DNA of 42,345 bases from Phoronis australis (lineage: Eukaryota; Animalia; Phoronida). Made by a program: the position numbers and the translations under genes. The stretch's first letter is position 1. Each line of letters opens with the position of its first letter. The stretch lies in contig NMRA01000630.1 of NCBI GenBank assembly GCA_002633005.1, positions 197,115-239,459 of the forward strand, in the 5' to 3' direction. Under the pieces are notes generated by a model. That model had not been told where the DNA came from. It saw only the letters and a program-made list of their open reading frames with translations, and did not search any database. This document shows, in pieces, positions 11,086 to 23,927 of the stretch.

Positions 11086-12093
11086 ATGAACAACGGATCG
11101 TATAACACTTCGATGAATCTTTCCACAGTTGGTCATCAGAGTCAAGTCTGGTATGAACACCTCGATACAACGGAACACGACATGATATTTCATATGGTAG
11201 TTCAAGCTGTTATTTCCGTCGTCACGGTAACTGGAAACTTGCTGGTGTTTATGGCGTACGTACGATTTCCGGAAATCAGAGCAGAGGACAGCAACTTGTT
11301 CGTATTTGGTCTGGCCGTCACCGACTTAATGAGTGGCGCTTTCAGCGTGCCCATCAACATCGTCAAAAAATTCGTAACTCCCCTGTTTTGGCGGGAAATC
11401 GACATACATACTGTAACCAGTCATCAGTACTGCTTAGCTACTATTTTCCTTCAGATTTATCCAAGTGTTTGCTCCTACGCCATGGTAACCATAATCGCCA
11501 TAAATCGCTTCGTTGCCGTCCGCTATCCGCTTCGATATCAAACCATCATGACCAGACGCGTATGCAAATATTTGATAGGTTCGTCTTTTGTCTTCGAGGC
11601 TATAGTCTCAGGCGGCGCTCTGATATTGTCTGCCAAAGAGAAGTTCGATACCAAGCACGATCTTTGCACCGTAGAGGCTATTATGGCAAATAACATCGTT
11701 CGAAATACTGCACTCGCTCTGAGCAGCTTCATACCAATCACTGTTTCCATTGTTCTGCATTCGTTTATTGCCGTCACAGCGCATCGACAGAGAAGGAAAA
11801 TTCACTCTGAACAGGGAACTGCCGTCGATCAAGTACTTATAAAACAACTACGAATAACAAAAGCCATGACCAAGATCGTGGGTGTTTTTGCCTTGTGCGT
11901 TTTGCCGACACTCTTGTCGAAAGTAGTTCCTGCGCGATTGCACAGCAACGAATCATGGGTGATTTCAGTGAAGCATTTCCTTGCAGAGGGACTGTACTTG
12001 AATTCGGCAATCAATCCTGTCATTTACGCATGCTCAGTGAAACAGTTCACCGTTGCATTTGCTAAAACTTTTCGTTGCCTTCTTAGAAAATGA
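11086..12093 (+). CDS. Intronless class A (rhodopsin-like) GPCR, orphan; adenosine/aminergic-receptor-like
   Basis: 335-aa ORF with 7 hydrophobic segments; N-terminal N-glycosylation sequons; GNLLV (TM1), LAVTD (TM2), IAINRFVAVRYPLRY (TM3, DRY variant), FALCVLP (TM6), NSAINPVIY (TM7), F-x-x-AF helix 8. Confidence 0.95.
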   Translation: MNNGSYNTSMNLSTVGHQSQVWYEHLDTTEHDMIFHMVVQAVISVVTVTGNLLVFMAYVRFPEIRAEDSNLFVFGLAVTDLMSGAFSVPINIVKKFVTPLFWREIDIHTVTSHQYCLATIFLQIYPSVCSYAMVTIIAINRFVAVRYPLRYQTIMTRRVCKYLIGSSFVFEAIVSGGALILSAKEKFDTKHDLCTVEAIMANNIVRNTALALSSFIPITVSIVLHSFIAVTAHRQRRKIHSEQGTAVDQVLIKQLRITKAMTKIVGVFALCVLPTLLSKVVPARLHSNESWVISVKHFLAEGLYLNSAINPVIYACSVKQFTVAFAKTFRCLLRK

Positions 12094-13098
12094 ACGAAAA
12101 GGGCGTGTTAATATCTGACCCGTAGGCGACTAGTTAGGTAACACTGCTTTGCTACCATGTTACTACGTTACTGTGTTGCTATGTTACTATGTTACCATGT
12201 TAGTTTGTCAGCTGTGTTACTTCGTTTTAATGGTGCAGCTCCTGTTCATCGTAGCAGACGAATCTGGTGACTCAGAAATATTGAGAGTTGTTGTGGGTTT
12301 GTTCATTAGCTTCTGCTAGGCTCATGTTCTTCAGTATTCTACAAAAATTAATGGAGAACCTATAACATATAGTTGTCACGTGGCATCACGTGACGTTGCG
12401 CTAAGTGGAATATAATATGTGGGGGCTGGCTCTCCATGTCGAGAATCGCCGGGACCACCGAGGAGGGCCAACAAAAACTCAGAAGCCATGACCAGGAAGA
12501 CCACAAAACACTAGACATACATGTACTACCGATTTATACGATATGCAGGCATAAACTTTCGTGCAGGCGTTTGTCTTAGCACGCAGGTATGACTTAATTT
12601 GCCTCGGGGAATTTTTTTACACCGGCGTTTCTGATTGGCTGGTCATATTCTCAACAGGCAGCGCTTTACGCAAACAAACTGGCATGACTGATGGAGCAAG
12701 TGTAAATGTGGTCTGTTGTACAGACAAATCGCTGCTTAAAATTTATGTTCAGGAAATCTGAATCTCAGAAATTGTGATTGCGCCTTTTCAGATTGCATCT
12801 TTCTACTGTCGATGACTTTTGTTTACGATACTGTCCTGTATTCATACAGTATGAATAACACCGCACCGGTTAAATCGGCCAGATATGTGTTTATTGTACA
12901 TGTATGTGCTTCAAGCACGCGGTTATTAAGCATCACTGCAGAAACGAATTAGTTGCTGCTACGCCACTTGCATGACAAGGCTAAAAACTGTTCATAGTCC
13001 GCCATTTTTTCACGTACGTTGTTGTAAAGCTAACCAATGATGACGTAGTACGTATCCAAGGCAGTTTTAAGTGGTTACCAGAGAAAAGTTGATCTTGG

Positions 13099-13243
13099 AC
13101 TTATAAATCAACTACGAATAACAAAAGCCATGACCAAGATCGTGGGTGTTTTTGCCTTGTGCGTTTTGCCGACACTCTTGTCGAAAGTAGTTTCTGCGCG
13201 ATTGCTAGGCTTATGTTCTTCCGTATTTTACAAAAATTAATGG
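13099..13243 (+). pseudogene. Partial duplicate of the GPCR (TM6 region) fused to part of its 3' flank
   Basis: 13099-13205 is nearly identical to 11835-11941; 13203-13243 matches 12314-12354. Confidence 0.85.
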
Positions 13244-13328
13244 TACTGAGACTGTACTGGTAGCAGCTTTTTTCCATATAAACATTTTATGATATACAAC
13301 AATGAGGTATAAGCAAATGAAAGGCAGG

Positions 13329-13403
13329 CACACACACGCACACACACACACACACGCGCGCGCACGCGCGCACACACACGCACACACACACACACACACA
13401 CAC
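13329..13403. repeat. (CA)n/(CG)n microsatellite
   Basis: Direct inspection. Confidence 0.95.
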
Positions 13404-13499
13404 GTATCAAAATAATGAACTTCACGGTTGATCTAATCTAAAAAGTGTTGAGGGTTTCCCAAAAGGCAGTTTTACGGGGTTGTATATTTCTTACTTTAC

Positions 13500-14400
13500 A
13501 ATAATGATACAAGAAACATTGAAATTGTGAATATCTAGGAATAATCTGGTCTCTAGAACGTTTGTGGATGAAATACTGGCAAATGGTTAATATGGGATAT
13601 CTTCAAATTTACATCCAAAATATGCTGTCAAAATAATATTTTTATCTAAGATTAAATCGTGTTGTAAAATTAAAAGTTTTTGAACTTCACACCACAAAGT
13701 TTTCACAGAACCACATTCCACCAACATAATGGTTAAAAGTTTCAACAGTTCCACCAACATAATGGTTAAAAGTTTCAACAGTTCCACAAGATGCACACTT
13801 GTCTCCACTTACTAAGTTCATCTTTTTCAAATTAAGATTTGTAAGCATGTTTGTATGAATATAGAAATATTTAAAGGTTTTAACAGGTGGTCAGAAGAGT
13901 TTGTGTGGAAGAACATAAATTTGTTTAATTCGTTGTCTAGAGTAAATGTCAGTTAAGCTGTACTCTATATCAGGAGGCGAAACAAGTTTGGAAAGCAAAC
14001 TATTTCTAGAAAACACTTTAGTAATTTTGCTTGACTGGGGATGTATGCATTTTGAAATCGAATATAAGGCTTTCAACTTAATCGCACGTTTCAAGGCAGC
14101 ACAATGAACTCAATTTGAAAGTTTATATCTATTTTTCAAAACCTCACATGTCGGAAATTTATTTTCAAAATTCAAAAGATTCTTCACAAAAATAATGCCA
14201 GCATCGAAACTATCAAAGAATACTGTCCTCGTATTAATATGTTTTTGTTATTCCACGCTGCTTGGTTTACAATTGTTATGTCCTTATGTAAGTGAACACT
14301 AATTTCTTCCCAAGCAATCAAGATGTCAGATAGAAGTTATCAATATTTGTAATAGACAGCAAATTACAATAATAATTTGATTTAAAGATAAAAAAATAAC
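13500..14400 (-). mobile_element. Decayed L1/Tx1-type LINE, ORF2 C-terminal region
   Basis: Minus-strand pieces SDILIAWEEI, VNQAAWNNKNILIRG, AGIIFVKNLL and KCASCGTVETFNH...ECGSVKTLW (zf-RVT-like); many stops and frameshifts; internal 33-bp duplication near 13716-13786. Confidence 0.65.
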
Positions 14401-15065
14401 AATATTCAGTCTATATGTGAAAGTATTTACAAAAGTTCTAGACAACTCAGTGAATTGCCAAATTGGGAAATCAGTTCCGTCAATTTTCTTATTACTGTTT
14501 GCCAGCCGCCTTGAACGAGGCTACTGCGATTGCGTGCAAGTGAACTAAAATTTGTACATTTGATTTAAAATCAAAAATAAAATATCACTGATTTCTTGTA
14601 AGTTATCGCAAAATCATCAACTGTGCACTTTCTACACTTTGAATACGGAACATGACTAATTGACCGTTGCAGTAATATATCGCAATTGATAAAACATTTG
14701 AATTGCATACAATGTTAAATGCTTAGGCGCGTTAAGTTCATTTCTACGACTTAAAATATCTATATTTATAGTTTTAACCGTCTGCAAAGCTTTTAAATTG
14801 AAAAAATAAGCTGGTTCCCTACGCACAGATACCTGTTTATCATATGTCTTCATTTCTAAGTACCTCACACACCAGTTATGTACAGACAATCGCTGTAGGT
14901 GTTGTATGGCTAATTAGCCATTTATGGAAAAGTGCTGATTCGGAGATTAATTGTAATGTGTTGGTTAAATTAAGATAAAACGTGCACTTTTGCCTCGTAA
15001 ACTCTTACAGTACGGTTGTTTCAAACGTATATTACGTCAGTACATGTATCTCCCACCCTTGCCAG

Positions 15066-15195
15066 GTGCTTTGGAAGACGAGGCAACGTTGACAACCCAA
15101 CTCTGGAGGAGCTGAAAGTGCCTGAAGGAGAGTTGCTCAGAGGATTCATCGTGCAGGCAAACGAGGGTGGCACTTTTGTAGTGCTCTCACCCCCT
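15066..15195 (+). pseudogene. Isolated exon-like fragment encoding an S1-domain segment similar to RRP5/PDCD11
   Basis: Pyrimidine-rich acceptor CCCACCCTTGCCAG then CFGRRGNVDNPTLEELKVPEGELLRGFIVQANEGGTFVVL, resembling the RRP5 repeat pattern DP...EGQLLRGYV...GVF-x-x-L; no convincing donor or neighbouring exon seen. Confidence 0.5.
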
Positions 15196-16641
15196 TTTCC
15201 TGTGTCGACATTGGCAATCATCGACATATGAAAATAAAGAGTGATGTTGGCTTTGTGACGAGAAAACCACAAAATACTGCACCGCCGAGGTAACTGTAGT
15301 GTAGCCGTCCTACAGAGTAACACGTGGCGTTGTTTTCTCGTACTGCACCCAAGCACTAAGTTGCAGTTACGGAACCATTGTTTTACGTTCCTCTTGATAC
15401 ATGCAGCTCCAGACATCGGACGTTAAGGATTGGAGTCCGAATTCTTCAACGATGAATCTAATCAAATGAATTCTATTCTGCATTTTAGAACCAGTGCACG
15501 TTGAATGGAACGCCACATGGGGGTGGAAGGTTTTTGTTCATCATGTTATCGATTTTGATTTGTACAAAACGTCACTCCAGAAGGCAAAATATAATAATTT
15601 GGAAATTGGGGGAACGCCTCGGTATTTGACAGAGAAATAAAACACGATCGGTATCACAGACGGCGGAAATAGATTCAATGATGATAAAATTGATGTGGAT
15701 TTACAACTGTCCTTACCATTGTAGCAGTTTTCACGGTTGTTGAGAAAATATAGTAAACTGGGTAGCGTGTCGTTTGGTATAACGTTTTCCACTTTCGTGC
15801 TATCATAATACAAGCCTTTTTAATATAATTTTGTGCCACGACCAATTGTTCCGGTTCCGGAATTTGAGTTCTATGCACATTAGTTTTCGCACGGTTCCTG
15901 AATGCGGCAATCTCGTCCTAGAAAAAACACTGACAGCGAGTCGTACTCAGGCTATCGCCACCTTCTGTCTTTAACCCCCTCCGAAATTAGCACTTCATGT
16001 GCAACTTATTGGATTGCATACATAACATCGTTTGACGTTCAGAAGGATCGTTAACTTAGTAATAGAATTAACAAGCTCATGCACACATCGACTTTTCTGA
16101 AAGGACGGGTAACTGAGTCGCAATCTGGCTTAGGCGGACATATACATGTACAGGTGGGTGGAGTGGGCTTGGACAGCAGGCCGATTGTTACCGTAAAAGT
16201 TGTCTCATGCACGTAGTGTTGTACCAGTTTGCCTATATGCTGTAAAGTTGTCACTGTTTTAAGATAGTGACTAAGGTACTAACTGGTAAAGCAAGTGGAC
16301 ATGATTTTTTTCCATTTCAAACATCACGTTTTCTGACTTTGCGTTGTTTTGGCCTTTGGATAGAGTTCTCGGCACTAACTTCCACAATGGCATCATACCA
16401 CACAGTCTGCCTACTTGACGTGGCGCTCTCTTCGACATCAAAAATAAACGACACTGAAATGGTTGCGATGTTTTATTTTCACAAGCTTAATTTGTTCACA
16501 AGAATACATGGCCATGGCCAATATCGAGGATTCTTTTCTGTGGCTTGTCTGTCTGAAAAAAAAAACAAGTGGCCATGATTTATCGACTGTATTGGTATTT
16601 TTGCTCAAAACAAATCAACCGATTGTGGCATAACAACACTA

Positions 16642-19600
16642 GGGCCAAGTCTCTCTCCTTACTCAGACTTCACTCAGAATCAAACTCATACTTCATACTC
16701 AACTCGAGCACAGACTCAGCTTTGGTGTATTCAATGTCATACTCGAAATATCTGCACTGAAAATTTCGAGCACGTACTCACTTTTCCAGTATACTCGAAG
16801 TGAAGTGTATCTCATTTTTACATGTATTTCGAGTAAGATGTTGAGTAAAAAATCCGAGTATATGCTCCAAATTTCAAGTTTTATTCATCTATTTATTATT
16901 GTGATATTTAAAATGAGGGTGGCCTCATCAGTGATAGTACTGCTTTCCAAGAGGGCCCTCAACAAGAAAAACAGTAATATAATACAATGAAGTAATAAAA
17001 CAACAATGAAATATACGTAACAAACATACAATTAAAACAGGTTGAGAATTAAGACAATAACTAAGTGACGAATAATGGTAAAAATTTAACTAAGACAAAT
17101 GAAATAAATTAAGAGATGATTCTAGACAGTGAGAGTATTTACGACAATGAAAAAATGACATGATTAATACAGGCAAGGTATAAAAGGTTAGGTAAATTAC
17201 AACCACTTTTTAATATTTACTTTAAAGGTAGTAATTGAATTGGACCGTTTAATTTCTGGGCTAAAAGAATTCCATATTGTAGCAGCTGTATAGATAAAAG
17301 ATCTCTTGCCCGTCTCGGTTTTAATTTTTAGAAGAAACATTGCCATCAACAGAAGAACGTGTAGAATATACAGCCTGGCTGCTATTGAATTTACTGCTGA
17401 GATATGCTGGAGCCAAGCCATTGATACATCTGTATATACAACAGGCAGAGAGATATTTATTTCTTTGTCTTACTTTCATAAATCCCAGCTTGGAATACAA
17501 GTCGTCAACCCTAGTGTCCCTAATTTTAGCACCCAGGATAGCCCTGGCGGCTCTATTTTGGATTACTTGGACTTTGCTGACAAGTGTGTCACTAGTGTGC
17601 CCCCAAACCGGTAAACAATAATCAATATGAGGCTGAATAATAGAATGGTAAAGGGTCTTAGAGTACTGACATTAAGAAATTTGCCTAGACGTTTAAGTAC
17701 ACCGATTTTCTTTGATAATTTCCTTGTGATATGATCTATGTGCATATCAAATTTAAGATTGGGATCTAAAGTAAGGCCCAGGTACTTTAACTTGTCAACA
17801 TTCTCGATGGGAGAACCGTTGATAGAAAGGGATAGTTTTTGTTGTTTTAATTTGTGATGGGTTACAAACCGCATCGACTTGGTTAAGAGTGAGTTTATTT
17901 TGAAGTGTGCTTGAAATCGCACTCGAAAATAAATACGAGCGAGAGAAGAATATATCGAAAGGCCACTGAGAAACACAGCAAATAAAGTAAGACCTCATGC
18001 CATACTACACTGCTTCAGTTTCAGTTCAGAGACAACAGTGTTCATTTTAAATCTTCTTCATCTTATTAACACCGCATTCCATTGCCGCCAATTTATCAGC
18101 TCCTTTTTACTCTATTCCTGGCAACAGGCGTATTCTACGGCCTGCGCGCACTGCCCAGGGGGACTCGGGGGGGGGGGGGNGGGGGCTCAAACGAGCACCC
18201 CCATTTGGCGAAGTGGGCAAAAAGGTCCGCCTCAGAGAAACAAAAAGTCCGTGGAAACAAGACAAAAGTCCACTAAAAAGAAGCAGACGCACATTTTGCA
18301 GTACTGATGATATCCCCGTTTTTTTTTAGTCCTCCAGCTTTTCTGTTAGCAAAACGTCCACTTGGTCAGAAATTCGAGCCCCCCAATCTAGAGGCTGGGT
18401 GCGCTCATGCACGGCAATGAAATACTTTCGACAAGTGCCGCCTCAGTGATCAGTACATGCTGACACGAGTAGTCTACTTCAGTAAAGTGCATGAAAATAC
18501 GGGTATCATTTACCGCCGTAGTAAGGCAAGTTCCCGGTGACGCCAAAACTGATTGTCATTGAAGGGTCAGCGAGTTGCGCATGTTTTGGAATCTTAGTTT
18601 TGCAAGACGAACGTTCACAAAAGGTGGTCTCGATCATAAAAAATGGGTGTGGGCGGTAAGCCGAGCATAGGTGGTAACCGGACGATTACGGTAATCTGTT
18701 GTCGGTGAGTCGTACAAGTGTCCAAAACAGTTGTAGGGAAGGCTGTCTGGAAAGTTTGTGCTGCCCTGATTGCAGTAGGTGGGCAACGGTTTGTACGGTT
18801 TCCCAAAGACGAGCAGGCCAGGAAAGTTAACAGTTTGCTTCCCTTTGTCAGGTATAATTCACATCATAATTTAGTTATCGATCCTTTTCTCAATCGCCGA
18901 ATGGTATTCCAGACTTTGTTTGCCACTGTATTTCTAATTACGGAAGTCTCGCCCCGTTCACTAAGAACCATCAATTCAGGCGCCAAATGTTAACTAACTT
19001 AATACATTCCGATAAAGCGCAAAGATACACTATCAAAGTTTTGACATCTGTGTCATTAGTGGGTTCTATATGAATACTAATTAGCAAGCGAAAGAGCAAG
19101 TACGGGGGTGGACCACGAACCAAATAAGAGGGACTCAAAAATGTTGACTGGCGTATTGGCTGACGTGGGCAAACGGCTAACAACGGAAGAACTCCGCCAC
19201 TGGCAATTAAGATCCAAACCTTTGAAATTCGACCCCCCCCCTCAAAGAAAATGTGCAATTCGAACTCTCCCTTAAAAATGTTGGTTGTGCGCATGTGATA
19301 TGGTGTCTTACCTTCGAGGTCGGGGTCACCGGCCCACCACTCCATCACTTAGAAAGAAAAATTCAACATGCCTTCAATGCATGGTGTGAACATGCCAATT
19401 TTAGGAGTAAATGTTTAGGAGATCGTGAACTCTTTTGCCCCCTCGCTAAATCAGACTCTGAGATTGTATCTGCTCCTGCCGTGACTTTGATGTGAGTGAG
19501 CTGTTACAAATTTCTTAAGACATTTTCGGGAGATTAGGAACGCAAAAAGTAAAGCTTAATAATTGGCAGGGTAGCTTATGCGAACAGGGGGCACTGAATC

Positions 19601-19807
19601 AGCGCAACTGTGTGCGGTCTTGCATTTCACATCTTAAAGATATCCACAGCAACTCGAATACTATTCTCAGATTTGAGTACGTTTGGTGTCTACTGGAAAT
19701 GAGACCTTAAAACCGCTTTTTTGAGTACAACTCCAGTGAGCACGATTTTATGTATGAAGTCTGGAGTATGATTATGAGTCTCAGTACGGAGATTGGAGAT
19801 CAGGCCC
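16642..19807. mobile_element. Old non-autonomous TIR element (GGGCC termini, Harbinger-like) with nested insertions
   Basis: Left GGGCCAAGTCTC...TACTCAGACT...ACTTCATAC loosely matches the reverse complement of 19740-19807 (GGGCCTGATCTC...TACTGAGACT...ACTTCATAC); ACTC/GAGT-rich subterminal motifs on both sides. Confidence 0.4.
16880..17890 (-). mobile_element. 5'-truncated L2/CR1-group LINE (end of ORF2 plus 3' UTR)
   Basis: KYLGLTLDPNLKFDMHIDHITRKLSKKIGVLKRL, IQNRAARAILG and GKRSFIYTAATIWNS...TFK are typical post-RT motifs; 3' stem-loop GAGGG...CCCTC at 16915-16960 and an A-rich tail on the minus strand. Confidence 0.85.
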
Positions 19808-20684
19808 AGACTTGCACTGTCAGGGCAACAGGCGCGTTCATTTTATGTTTCGTGACAAAAACTCCATATAATATTGACTAGTCGTCACGTGATCTGGAGA
19901 ACGTTTGAATTTGACAGCCACGACTAAATGTGCATTTTTTCGATAAGAATTCGCTTCGACGCTGTCTAAATGCCGGAAATGTCGAATGGTGTAGCCCTTA
20001 CAACGTCCTGTGACTTGCTACTCGAGGGCATACATTTACCTATAAACAATATGCTCCTAGGCACAACAACTTCCCAATTAACTCTACAAATATAACCGAA
20101 AACGATCGTTGTTTTTACATGGGCTCAACTAATCTGCCGTAACTATATAAGTTTGAAAAGATGATTACTTATACTACAATGCGGTCAACTCTTTTCAACT
20201 CTCCATTATAAAGAGTGAAGTAATTTTTCAGAAAATTCGTTCTGTGGAGCAGTTTTCCTCACAAAAAGATCGTCTTTGAAATAACCCTGCCAGCCAACCC
20301 CAAACTATGACCACGCTCTCTCCAAAAATTTTCCGGAGTTTCATAGGAATATGGTCACAATGAAAAGTCATTTTCTGGTGATAAATGTAGGTGGAAATTA
20401 ATGTCATTTTGATGCGCCTAACTTTGAATGCTTTAACTAAAACTGGGCTTGCGAAAAACATGTAAGGGGCCACGGTTTCAATAAAGTTCGTAAATTAACA
20501 TCTTACAATACATTGTCGAAATTAACCGTCATTGAATCTCAAACGTTTAATCTCTGTTCTGAGCGTCGAAACGTGGACAATTGCCGTTGCCCAGTCCATT
20601 TTAAATGACACTGCATGTTCTGTAACAAACTGGCACGTTTATACCACATAAAGGACTGAGAGAAGTGCGAGTAAGGCATGCCAG

Positions 20685-22079
20685 CAAGGATATAGTTAGC
20701 CACTCGCCCAGTCGCCAGTGCGAGTAAAAATGGTGCTGGGTGAGTAGAAGTTTACTTGCCGGTCGCCCAGGTGGCGAGCGAATTTGCTAGCGCAAAAGCA
20801 CTATCTTGTAACCCTGATGAACATGAATAAATTTTCTCCTCCTCAACATTGTCATGAATTTTAGGTTCAGTTTGCCAGCGTGTCGATGCTCCGGCAGTAA
20901 AAAACATCGGCGTAGTGCGATCCTATCGATTCAGTAGATGTCACCTGTTAAGCAAAAAAGGTGGAAAGGCGGAAGACCGGTTCATGTGCTCACAGCAAGT
21001 GAAACACCATATTTCTTGGAACTGATTTCTTATTGTAATGTGCACTATCATTTTAGCCAAAATTTTTTATAAATAATAACATTCGTCCTAACTAGGCTAA
21101 GCGCCCATGTCCCTAGCGCCCCCACTCGTTTTCAGACTTCGCTAAAATAAGCGCCCAGTCTATGAACGCGTATACATGTATATGCGAAAAATCCTTACCT
21201 ACAGTTCTAAAATTCTACAGTAATGTAATTTAATCAATAATATCCGACAGTCCTGAAAAATCATTGTGCGTGGAATTTCTAGACCACGAGCCTCGACGCT
21301 AAGTTGGTAATTAGCCGCGCCTGTACAATTCAAACTTCCGTAGTTCAAAAAGAACGCAACAGTTTTTCTGATCTTGCGAAGAACGTGTCCCGCTATGGTC
21401 AGGCCTTTCAGAACAGACGCAGTGTACTTGTCGACGGTATTGTATTGTATCTTTCCCGTACAAATCTTCTCCAGCAACAGGAATCCAGATAACTTCGCAC
21501 ACGTAAAAAACGCGAATACCAGTGTTAATGAGCCTACACACATTTGGGCCTGCTACTCTGGCAAATGAACTCACTCTGCACACACCTGCAGACTAACTTC
21601 AATACAAACGTCACGTGACCGTGAACAACATGTGTGTTCGTCCAGATTATTCTCGTGTTGCGGGTTGCGATCTAGCGCAGCTTTTGACTTAACTTGCGGT
21701 TAATCCCGACTCCACAGGAACTTAAAAATCTTAGGGATGCTATTCGAAAAACTCAAGGAGGATTTCAGAGACCGGGTTAAAAGCTACAACAAGGGGACCC
21801 CATTCCGAAACGAATTTTTCTAAGTACACTGGGCGCTTATTAGGGCGAATACGGTAGCCTAATACTGGTGACCAACGCACGAAACGATGATTTTTATTGA
21901 CATTGGCAGCAAATTTGTGGTGACAGACCCAAACGGCCGGGCGACTGATCTTCGGGCAAGGCGAGTAGATTTTCTGGCTCACTCCCCAGCTGGCGAGCAG
22001 GGTTTTGATACCTGGGTATATCCATGATTATGACATGGTGCTGGGGTGAGTCTTGTTTTGATACCTGGGTATATCCCTG
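20685..22079. mobile_element. Non-autonomous hAT-like element (hosts the HIRAN element)
   Basis: Termini CAAGGATATAGTTAG / CTGGGTATATCCCTG; subterminal TCGCC/GGCGAG repeats at both ends; no 8-bp TSD visible. Confidence 0.55.
21076..21856 (-). mobile_element. TA-flanked TIR element carrying a degenerate HIRAN-like ORF (copy A)
   Basis: Right end TGGGCGCTTATTAGGGCGAATACGGTA; degenerate left end ATTCGTCCTAA...TAAGCGCCCA; ORFs 21311..21583 and 21199..21543 join by one frameshift into GIRVFYVCEVIWIPVAGEDL...NTVDKYTASVLKGLTIAGHVLRKI...GLEIPRTMIF. Confidence 0.7.
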
Positions 22080-22170
22080 CACTACATCTATATCCCACTG
22101 ACCACAAAGAGCAGCAGCCCATAATCTGATCGTTGGTGTACTTACATGCGCGTTTCTAATCTGAAGTTGG

Positions 22171-22313
22171 TTAGCTTAGGGCTTTTAGTTCATTCATAAG
22201 CGACCAAGTCTCAATAGTCACCAAGCTGAAGGTGGATACGGTGAACGCAAAGGCAAATGGAGTCAGGCGAATAGCGTGCGAGCCTACGAATTTCTCGATG
22301 GTTTCACTGCCAT
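22171..22313 (-). CDS. Terminal coding exon of the WSC/kringle gene, duplicate (allelic) copy with shifted C-terminus
   Basis: Copy of 23928-24049 lacking 2 nt; reads ...FSLVTIETWSLMNELKALS*. Confidence 0.45.
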
Positions 22314-22880
22314 CTGCATATAGTGACAAAAACATGGTGCAGCAGGTTTAAAAATGAACTAGACAGACTTCAACAGAACTCTACCCAACACAGCTGAACA
22401 TATTGACGAATTAGTTTGGCAGTTTTGTCAATTGCTATCGCTATAATATAGCGGTTTTATCATTTTTCGGAAGACATTGTGAGGCTTATATTTGCTCCGA
22501 ATTGGACAAAGTTGCACAATAAGTTGCTGCGATTTGGACCATGTTTGTGGAGCAGTGTCTGTCGATTTTATGTCGACATATAGGCAGAATAAAAACGGAT
22601 GTTAGCCGAAAATACTCGCTGCATGTGTAGCACTGTGCACTCTTGTGTTTCTGTTACCCATTATCGAATATCGCCTGTTTGAGGAAAGCTTGTGAAAAAA
22701 GAAGGCTAGCAAGATTGCTGATGTTTCCGCCCTGATACACAGTTCACATTTATTAACAAAAGGTATGGTTAATGGTTAATGTATCAGAGTTCATGCTACC
22801 GCGTATGATGCAGTGTAAATGAAGTAAACATCGGTTACATTCCGCGGCTAATCATCATACAGGATGAGCAAATAACGTAC

Positions 22881-23162
22881 ATTCGTTGCAGAATGGGATG
22901 CCACAGTAATCCCACTTCGGGAACTGTCCTTCTATGTAGCACCACGGACCGTCCGGAGAGTCGTCTGGGTTACGGCATAGGTTCGACATCTGCACGGAAG
23001 GAGGAAATTTGTCAAAATTCGTCTCCATTTTCGGTTGCTTGAACAATCTTTTGAGAACATCCGTGTTTGACCAACCTCTACATGTCAGACCGTCCTTGGT
23101 TGTAGCTTTTGAACCAGCATATTCCTGTCCTGACTTGGTCGTTTTACACGTTATTTTCTCCA
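22881..23162 (-). CDS. Kringle exon, duplicate (probably allelic) copy of 24668-24949
   Basis: Same peptide as 24668-24949; lies in the 21438-23176 block that is repeated after the N at 23177. Confidence 0.6.
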
Positions 23163-23927
23163 CTGGAAAGATGCGGNTATTGTATTGTATCTTTCCCGTA
23201 CAAATCTTCTCCAGCAACAGGAATCCAGATAACTTCGCACACGTAAAAAACGCGAATACCAGTGTTAATGAGCCTACATACATTTGGGCTTGCTACTCTG
23301 GCAAATGAACTCACTCGGCACACACCTGCAGACTAACTTCAATACAAACGTCACGTGACAACAACATGTGTGTTCGACCAGATTATTCTCGTGTTGCGGG
23401 TTGCGATCTAGCGCAGCTTTTGACTTAACTTGCGGTTAATCCCGACTCCACAGGAACTTAAAATCTTAGGGATGCTATTCGAAAAACTCAAGGAGGATTT
23501 AAGAGACCGGGTTAAAAGCTACAACAAGGGGACCCCATTCCGAAACGAATTTTTCTAAGTACACTGGGCGCTTATTAGGGCGAATACGGTAGCCTAATAC
23601 TGGTGACCTACGCACGAAACGATGATTTTATTGACATTGGCAGCAAATTTGTGGTGACAGACCCAAACGGCCGGGCGACTGATCTTCGGGCAAGGCGAGT
23701 AGATTTTCTGGCTCACTCCCTAGCTGGCGAGCAGGGTTTTGATACCTGGGTATATCCATGATTATGACATGGTGCTGGGGTGAGTCTTGTTTTGATACCT
23801 GGGTATATCCCTGCACTACATCTATATACCACTGACCACAAAGAGCAGCAGCCCATAATCTGATCGTTGGTATACTTACCTGCGCGTTTCTAATCTGGAG
23901 TTGGTTAGCTTAGGGCTTTTAGTTCAT

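Noticed and set aside
13211-13425. Cys/Val-rich ORFs
   Set aside because: Translations of the (CA)n microsatellite.
18038-18410. ORFs across the poly-G tract
   Set aside because: They span the N at 18180 in a G-run within what looks like a short repeat element; no coding signal.
22855-23283. 142-aa ORF fusing a hydrophobic leader to a kringle
   Set aside because: It reads across the N at 23177; the leader comes from the HIRAN element, so the fusion is an artefact.
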